The position numbers and the translations under genes were made by a program. From Bacillaceae bacterium (GTDB lineage Bacteria; Bacillota; Bacilli; JACDOE01), in assembly GCA_017656255.1 (NCBI GenBank), contig JACDOE010000002.1, positions 4,033-68,032 of the forward strand: a stretch of 64,000 nt of DNA. Direction: 5' to 3'. Below, one piece after another: positions 57,728-64,000 of this stretch. Positions within the stretch are counted from its first letter, which is position 1. Each line of letters opens with the position of its first letter. Below the pieces are notes generated by a model. That model worked only from the letters and a program-made list of their open reading frames with translations, was not told the origin of the DNA and did not search any database.

Positions 57728-58474
57728 TTAAAAAATCGAGATCACAACGGCAATGCCGGTACCGATCGCCGTGGCCGTCAGGAAGGCTTCAGCCCCCCTC
57801 GACAGTCCGGCTACCAGATGCCCCGCCATCAGATCTCTTACGGCATTGGTGATGAGGACACCCGGAACCAGAGGCATGACGGAGCCGATGATGATTTTAT
57901 CCAGTTCGTGCCCGATGCCTGACGTAACCAATAAGTAGGACATCAGGCCAATCACGAATGAAGCCAGAAACTCGGAGAAAAACCGGACCTGAATCAGGCG
58001 GTGAAAATACAGCATACTGGCAAATCCAAACCCGCCGGATACAACAGCCGGAATAAAGTCATGCCATCTCCCCTGAAACATGATCAGAAAACAACCGCTG
58101 GCAATGGAAGCAGCTGCGATCTGGATCAAAACCGGATAGGCATCATGTCCGGATTCAACCCTTTTTAACCGGTCATAGGCTTCATCAACAGTTAATTCTT
58201 CTCTGCTGATCTGCCGTGAAATACTGTTCACCTGCGTCACTTTATGTAAATCCGTTGAGCGTTCCAGGATGCGTACCATTCTAGTAGGATCCGTGCCATC
58301 CAGTGAAAAAATAATGCCGGTGGGGGTGACAAAACTGTGAGAGTCACGGATACCGAAAGCATCGGCGATGCGCATCATCGTATCTTCCACGCGGTAGGTT
58401 TCCGCCCCGTTCTGCAACATAATTTTGCCGGCCAGCAGGCACACGTCCATAATTTTTTTTGGTTGATTATCCAT
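57728..58474 (-). CDS. Threonine/serine exporter family protein (ThrE/YjjP, DUF1212-like)
   Basis: N-terminal soluble domain (AGKIMLQNGAETYRVEDTMMRIA) followed by TM helices. Confidence 0.6.
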   Translation of the reverse strand: MDNQPKKIMDVCLLAGKIMLQNGAETYRVEDTMMRIADAFGIRDSHSFVTPTGIIFSLDGTDPTRMVRILERSTDLHKVTQVNSISRQISREELTVDEAYDRLKRVESGHDAYPVLIQIAAASIASGCFLIMFQGRWHDFIPAVVSGGFGFASMLYFHRLIQVRFFSEFLASFVIGLMSYLLVTSGIGHELDKIIIGSVMPLVPGVLITNAVRDLMAGHLVAGLSRGAEAFLTATAIGTGIAVVISIF

Positions 58475-58957
58475 GCTTGATCGCTCCTATATCAATAAAA
58501 GCCGATTTGATTCTCAGTTTTTCCGCCATGGGCCCAGGCAATCCGTTCATCGATTTTGCGGACCAGGTGGTATATGACGGCACACGTTTAATTTATTTTA
58601 CCAGAAGATGTGCAACCCGGCATTCTTTTGTCGCATCGGTAGAAATGAAACCGTTTAGGAAGTTCTATTGAGGCCGCTCCTTTATAAGATATAATGAAAA
58701 AGGGATTGGTGAAACAAGTACAAATTACTAGACCTGGAGGTTAAACCATGAAAAACTGGGATTAGTTTAGATTGGCCAGACCGACAGACAAATTTGAAGA
58801 AGTGATCCGTTCTATGAAAAAGGCCTGGGTCTCAAACGACTCGGCGGATTTGAGAATCACGCCGGATATGATGGAGTGATGTTCGGAGTGCCGGATGCCG
58901 AATTATATTGAAGAATACGAAAGGGATATAGGGCCGGTAAGGGATGGAGGCTGGAGA

Positions 58958-59581
58958 ATGGATTTGCGAGTGACATTACTGTTTCTGGTTTTGTTTCTGA
59001 TGTCGGCGGGATGCAGTCAGGATGGGCAGGTGGGCACCGCTGACAAAATTCCCGATTCCCGGGATCGTGAACAGACGACTGCATCACAACAGGTTCCTGT
59101 TACAGATGATAAAGAGGAAGGTAAAATCGACGATTGGAGCCAGGTACGCCATACTTTAATCATTGAAAAGTTGAACAGTGAGGATCAAGCGGAAGTCAAC
59201 ATCCCGCTCCCTTACGGATGGGGGGCAATCCCCACACAACACGACGGGCAATATACGATTGTCAATGAGGACAGAGAGCAGATCGGGGAGTGGCTTCTCG
59301 TCGGACAGTCCCCTGATCAACCCGATGGTTATCTCCCGAATCATATCGTCACGCAAGAAAAAAGGGCTTTTCAAACGAAGCTGGGTGAGGGATATCTCTA
59401 CCAGCTGGAATTGGACTTTCCCGATCATGTACGGACAGAGGAACATTCCTCCTATCATATGGTGTATGTGCTCATCCCCATTGCAAACAGACAACAGTCC
59501 TATAACTTGTATGTGAGGGTCCCTTTCAATGAGCCGATGGGCAAATACGTGGAATTGGTAGAGAGAATGTTGCGTCCATAA
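58958..59581 (+). CDS. Hypothetical lipoprotein
   Basis: Lipobox LMSAGC after the ATG at 58958, with RBS GGAGG. The ORF track starts earlier at 58895. Confidence 0.5.
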   Translation: MDLRVTLLFLVLFLMSAGCSQDGQVGTADKIPDSRDREQTTASQQVPVTDDKEEGKIDDWSQVRHTLIIEKLNSEDQAEVNIPLPYGWGAIPTQHDGQYTIVNEDREQIGEWLLVGQSPDQPDGYLPNHIVTQEKRAFQTKLGEGYLYQLELDFPDHVRTEEHSSYHMVYVLIPIANRQQSYNLYVRVPFNEPMGKYVELVERMLRP

Positions 59582-59789
59582 TCTTCAAAACTTTATCGCA
59601 CAGGTCATCATAGCCTGTGTTTTTTATTTTTCTCAAAAAATCGACGAGATTCCTTTTAATTTGTCTACACACGTCACATTATGTAAATACATGTAATAAA
59701 AAATTATATTTGTAAAAATGGAGGAATTTAACATATAAAAATCGAATGAGAAAAGACACCAAATTTTTCTGTAAAGGAGAATGCAAATC

Positions 59790-62700
59790 ATGAGCCATGT
59801 TAACTGGAAAACAAGGCAGACGCTCATCATACTGCTTTGTTTTCTGCTGTTGTTTCCCCTGAATCCGGCTTTTGCCGCCGAAACAACAAACACCGATGAG
59901 TTGCTCCAACAGATCGAATCGGATATGCAAAATGGACTCAACTACCTCCAACAAACACAGGCAACGGAAGGATACTGGGGACAGGTTACTGCCACACAAG
60001 TCCGTAACACGTCTGAGATTGCCGGCTTCCTGAGACATCTCCAATCCGGTGATCCGGAATTTTCCCATCAGGACATGCTGTCTCGAGCCGAACAATGGTT
60101 ATCATCCCAGAATCCATTGACCAACTTTGATTATGCCGCACGTCTGTATCCCTTTCTTGAAGATCCGCAACAGAGAACCTCGCTGCTTGATGAATGGATA
60201 ATGTCTCAAAACCGGGACGGAGGCTGGGGAATCACATCCGGTTACGCCAGTGATGTCCTGGACACGCTTCTCGTCACACATGCCCTCCTTGGTGACAATG
60301 AGATCATCTCTGACCATCCGGACCTATTGAACAGCGCGGTCCAGTATCTCTTGAATCAACAGAACCAGGACGGAAGCTGGTCCTATGTGAGTGGCCAATC
60401 GGGAGACCTTCTGTTAACAGCCCGAACCGTTCTTCTGTTGAATGAATTCTCCACCCGAACCGGATCGACGTCCAACGCGTTGATGACCTCCCTGCAGACC
60501 GGGGGACAATATTTGCTTCGGCACCAGCAAACCGACCAGATGTGGGGAACCGATCGGGACCGGTTGAATCTCTCCCTGGTGGCTTATCGCGCTGTTCTGG
60601 TGACCGCAGGTCATCAGGAAGTTGACGCAGTTCCGGAACAAATCATGACCCTGCAACAAAGTGACGGCAGCTGGCAGCAGAATGATTATACCACGTTGCT
60701 CGCCCTTGAAGCATTGCAATCGTTCAAGACCTACTATCAAAAACAACATTTCATCAGCGCCGTGCATCTCTATAAATCGGAAAATGGGACCAAAACTGAA
60801 ACCGATCAGTTTGAGGCTTATGACCTGGTGGTTATTGAAGCCGATTATCCTGACAGTGATGTTCAGTTGGTGGAACAGGCGTTTATCCGAATGCCGGACG
60901 CAAGCATTGTGCCGCTTATGAGTGAAGATACGTTGCAGTGGCCTGTTGAAAACCATTCACCCGGTGACTACACTCTGATATTCCAGCTTAAAGACCCGCA
61001 ATCGGGAGAGATTGTTGCCAGCAGTGAAAAAATGTTTACGATCCTGCCGACCTTCAAGATTGACGGCGTCTTCATTTATACAGATCCGGAACAAACGTCC
61101 GTCGGTTCAGCCGTTGACGTTCAAGTGACAACATCTCTTTTTGCCGCCCATAATATGCCCGGGGATGTGACTGTCTCACTTGACGTGTATGATCCAAATC
61201 TCACCCTCGTTGATTCCGGCCAGAAAACCCTTACCATGCCGGTGGACGAGCCGGTGAAACACCTGGACATGCTGTCATTTACACCCGATGTGACAGAGGA
61301 AGGAATTTATACCCTGAAGGCGACTGTCGAACATCAAGGCATGGTGATGGCAGTAGCGGAAAAAAGTTTCGAGGTGCTACCGCCTCCTCCGCCGACCCGG
61401 GTGGATGTACAACAGGAATTGAACAAAACCAGACTGTATCCGGGACAGGATGATGCGGAAGTTCGTTTCACACTGGAAGGACTGGGTTCTCCGACCATGC
61501 CGGAGCGGAAACCGCTGGATATGGTATTCGTGCTTGATGTATCAGGAAGCATGTCGGGTACGCCGATCCAGAGTTCCAAACAGGCCGCCAAAAAATTGGT
61601 AGAGCTGATCCAGGAGGAGGACCGGGGTGCCGTCGTATTTTTCAACTACTATGGTCGAGTCATCCAGTCCCTTACGAATGATGTCAGCAAACTTCAGGAT
61701 GCCATTGATCAGGCATACGCCTATGGTGGAACAGCGATTCACAGTGGAATAGCCACAGCCAGATCGGTACTGAACCAGAACAGTACACCGGATCGTGAAC
61801 AGGTCATTGTGCTTCTGTCCGATGGCTATTCCAGCCGATATTATGCGATTAGAGAAGCAAGAAGGGCCGCGGAAGACGGAATCACCATTCATACCATCGG
61901 ACTGGGAAGAGGTGTGGATCAGTACCTGTTGCAAACCATCGCCAGTGAAACCGATGGCACCTATCGTTACAGTCCCACAACCGATGAACTGGAAGAAATG
62001 ATGAATGAAATCGGTGGAGAAATTTTTAACACAGCCGGTAAAAATGTGACGTTGTCTACCACGCTGCCACCGGGTATTCACATTGACTCCGACACCACGA
62101 CACCCGCTCCCGCCAGAATCATTGATCAGCCGGACGGAAGTGTGACGGTGGAATGGGATTATCCGTTAATTGTCATGGGACAGCAAAAAGAGATCGTGCT
62201 TTCCCTCTACGGAGACAATCTGCAACCGGGCGAAACGGTAACACTGACAACATCAACTGTCTTGACCTACACCAATAAATTTGATCAATCCGAAACGGTT
62301 GACCTGGAGGACCTGAAACTGCCGGTAGTAGATTCTCTCCAGGTAAAAGCTGCGACCGACAGATCCGTCTACATGGCAGATGAGGACGTTGAGATTACAA
62401 GTACGGTTACCAATTTTATCGATAAAGAACGGGATCTGCTGGTACAGGTGGACATTGTCGATGAGAATGGCTTAAAGGTGGACGAAGTCGGAACCTATAC
62501 CATTGAAACCCTGACGAAAAACAGTTCGGATGAACGCCGGTTGACCTGGAACACGGCTGACAACTATGCCGGTCCCTATCAGGTCCGGATAACGGTTCAG
62601 GAAGATGACCGGAAAGCAGGACAGGCTTTCGCCGACTTTGAGATTCAATCGGAAGCCGGAGCTGCCCTCGATGTTGTCACCGATCAACTGAAGTATGAGC

Positions 62701-64000
62701 CGGGGGCAACGGTCACGATCACCACCGACGTGATCAATCAAAGCGTGAACAGCGACTGGCGGGATCTCACCGTTCAGATTGCGGTTTATGGTGAAAATGG
62801 GGATATGGTGTTCTCGGATCAACAACCGGTGTTGTATCTCACCCCGCAGGAAACGAAAGAAAAAGTGTTTGCCTGGGAAAGCGGCCAAGCGTCTCCCGGA
62901 CCCTATGAAATAAAGGCAACTTTATGGAATCAGGACGAGATGCTGGCGGAAGATACAGCTGACTTTGAGATTCTGTCCACCGCCGATACCGGATATGGAT
63001 TATCCGGTGATGTCAAGGTCCAGGATCGTACCTTGATTTACGGCGAAACGGCTCAGATCGAGTACGTTGTTGAAAATACGGGTAACAGTGATATCACCGA
63101 TGGTGAGTATCAGTTGCTTATTGTAGACCCCGAACAGTCTGAGGACGGTGTGATCGATACGGAGCAAGGACCGCTCAATCTGACTGTCAATGAAAGCATG
63201 GACAGGACGTATCCGTTCAACACCACCGGTCTGGAACCGGGCCATTACCTGGTGGTATTGCAGGCGGCACCGCCCGGCGGAGAGCTGCGGACCCTCTCCA
63301 GTGCTTCATTTACGGTGGAAATTTCGCTGGACATCCAGGCGGAAGTTTCCGATGACCCGCGCATACTGGTCTGGTCCGAAGACCATGCCAACTGGCCCTG
63401 GATTAAAGCCTGGCTGGATGAGCGGGGTTATTATTACACGATGGTCGATCATGAAACCGATTTTGTGAAAGAACTCCGTTCCAATAAATACAATCTGTAC
63501 TTCCTGTCAGACTTCAACAAGACCCTGACGAATCACCATGATCAGGAGCTGTTGGCCAAACTGCATGGCGGCGGAAGCGTGATCGTAACTTCCGAAGCCA
63601 ACCTGGCCAATCTGGACGTCTATGAATTCACGGGAGCCAGACAAAAAGGGGTACAGTCTGTGAACGACGTACCGATGGTGTCCGAAACATTCACCGGCAT
63701 TGACGATACCACGATCAGCGGTAAAATTGAACAACTCGCCATCACAGAGGGAGACGTTCTCGCTCATGTCACCGGGCGGAAGGGATCCCTGTTACCGGTG
63801 GTGGTGCACCATCATTACGGAAAGGGGCAGGCTGTCCGGGTCGGGTTCGATTTAACCGCACTTCCGGAGGAAGAGCGAACCCGGTTACTCGATCAGATCG
63901 TACCGTTGATTCAGCCGGATGCTTCTGAAACGATGGCCGGATCCGGCCAGTTAATCGAATTGACCGTCACCGCCATCGGCGGTCCGATCGATGCGGAAAT
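59790..64000 (+). CDS. Very large secreted multidomain protein (partial, continues beyond the window): signal peptide, prenyltransferase/squalene-cyclase-like alpha/alpha-toroid repeats, VWA domain, multiple Ig/CARDB-like repeats, C-terminal ThuA/DUF4159-like (GATase1-like) region
   Basis: Translated manually: the frame is open from the ATG at 59790 to the window end. It is absent from the ORF track because no stop falls inside the window. Signal peptide LLLFPLNPAFAAE. DGGWG / DGSWS / DGSWQ repeats. VWA MIDAS motif DVSGSMSG...SDG. Repeated modules of about 100 aa. Confidence 0.65.
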   Translation, partial: MSHVNWKTRQTLIILLCFLLLFPLNPAFAAETTNTDELLQQIESDMQNGLNYLQQTQATEGYWGQVTATQVRNTSEIAGFLRHLQSGDPEFSHQDMLSRAEQWLSSQNPLTNFDYAARLYPFLEDPQQRTSLLDEWIMSQNRDGGWGITSGYASDVLDTLLVTHALLGDNEIISDHPDLLNSAVQYLLNQQNQDGSWSYVSGQSGDLLLTARTVLLLNEFSTRTGSTSNALMTSLQTGGQYLLRHQQTDQMWGTDRDRLNLSLVAYRAVLVTAGHQEVDAVPEQIMTLQQSDGSWQQNDYTTLLALEALQSFKTYYQKQHFISAVHLYKSENGTKTETDQFEAYDLVVIEADYPDSDVQLVEQAFIRMPDASIVPLMSEDTLQWPVENHSPGDYTLIFQLKDPQSGEIVASSEKMFTILPTFKIDGVFIYTDPEQTSVGSAVDVQVTTSLFAAHNMPGDVTVSLDVYDPNLTLVDSGQKTLTMPVDEPVKHLDMLSFTPDVTEEGIYTLKATVEHQGMVMAVAEKSFEVLPPPPPTRVDVQQELNKTRLYPGQDDAEVRFTLEGLGSPTMPERKPLDMVFVLDVSGSMSGTPIQSSKQAAKKLVELIQEEDRGAVVFFNYYGRVIQSLTNDVSKLQDAIDQAYAYGGTAIHSGIATARSVLNQNSTPDREQVIVLLSDGYSSRYYAIREARRAAEDGITIHTIGLGRGVDQYLLQTIASETDGTYRYSPTTDELEEMMNEIGGEIFNTAGKNVTLSTTLPPGIHIDSDTTTPAPARIIDQPDGSVTVEWDYPLIVMGQQKEIVLSLYGDNLQPGETVTLTTSTVLTYTNKFDQSETVDLEDLKLPVVDSLQVKAATDRSVYMADEDVEITSTVTNFIDKERDLLVQVDIVDENGLKVDEVGTYTIETLTKNSSDERRLTWNTADNYAGPYQVRITVQEDDRKAGQAFADFEIQSEAGAALDVVTDQLKYEPGATVTITTDVINQSVNSDWRDLTVQIAVYGENGDMVFSDQQPVLYLTPQETKEKVFAWESGQASPGPYEIKATLWNQDEMLAEDTADFEILSTADTGYGLSGDVKVQDRTLIYGETAQIEYVVENTGNSDITDGEYQLLIVDPEQSEDGVIDTEQGPLNLTVNESMDRTYPFNTTGLEPGHYLVVLQAAPPGGELRTLSSASFTVEISLDIQAEVSDDPRILVWSEDHANWPWIKAWLDERGYYYTMVDHETDFVKELRSNKYNLYFLSDFNKTLTNHHDQELLAKLHGGGSVIVTSEANLANLDVYEFTGARQKGVQSVNDVPMVSETFTGIDDTTISGKIEQLAITEGDVLAHVTGRKGSLLPVVVHHHYGKGQAVRVGFDLTALPEEERTRLLDQIVPLIQPDASETMAGSGQLIELTVTAIGGPIDAE

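Noticed and set aside
1-64000. CRISPR arrays or other tandem repeat arrays
   Set aside because: Scanned for regularly spaced direct repeats of 25-40 nt. None were seen. The only notable long-range repeat is the IS256 end duplicated at 6060 and 16814.

Overview
The window is a Firmicutes (Bacillales-like) chromosomal segment with relatively high GC and many TTG/GTG starts. It contains three blocks.

(1) Conserved core, 1..5.9 kb: the cdaA-cdaR-glmM-glmS operon, with a glmS ribozyme in the glmS leader.

(2) AT-rich accessory island, about 5.9..24.9 kb, inserted directly downstream of the glmS terminator. It carries:
- a tightly coupled four-gene minus-strand operon encoding a PLD-SNF2 helicase, a DUF4391-like protein, a type III Mod and a type III Res;
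- an intact IS256-family element, plus a solo right-end remnant about 9.4 kb away in direct orientation, so the two bracket the R-M/helicase module;
- an overlapping three-gene operon encoding a P-loop kinase-like protein, a GNAT-fold protein with a C-terminal extension, and an ASCH domain protein;
- an McrBC-like modification-dependent restriction pair whose McrB has a roughly 520-aa N-terminal extension;
- a stand-alone winged-helix protein;
- a PIN-domain protein with an overlapping upstream micro-ORF.

(3) Core metabolism, about 24.9..64 kb:
- a ROK regulator, an MsmX-like ATPase and a ROK glucokinase;
- a peroxiredoxin-like (AhpC/TSA_2-type) gene with an in-frame TGA exactly at the first Cys of its CxxC motif and a hairpin 18 nt downstream, i.e. 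candidate selenoprotein versus pseudogene;
- cggR-gap, followed unusually by beta-phosphoglucomutase and a convergent GH65 phosphorylase;
- a LacI/ABC/GH32/fructokinase sucrose-type locus;
- a cobalamin riboswitch controlling a NiCoT-like transporter and a complete anaerobic-type cbi operon of Bacillus megaterium style (CbiH60 fusion, long CbiX with a native poly-His tail, CbiW-like ferredoxin, SUMT), with sirC divergent;
- a ThrE/YjjP-YjjB-type exporter pair;
- a very large secreted multidomain protein (>1400 aa; prenyltransferase/terpene-cyclase-like repeats, a VWA domain, repeated Ig/CARDB-like modules) running off the window end.

The most promising candidates for undescribed biology are the helicase/DUF4391/type III module, the kinase-GNAT-ASCH operon next to McrBC, and the UGA-containing peroxiredoxin-like gene.
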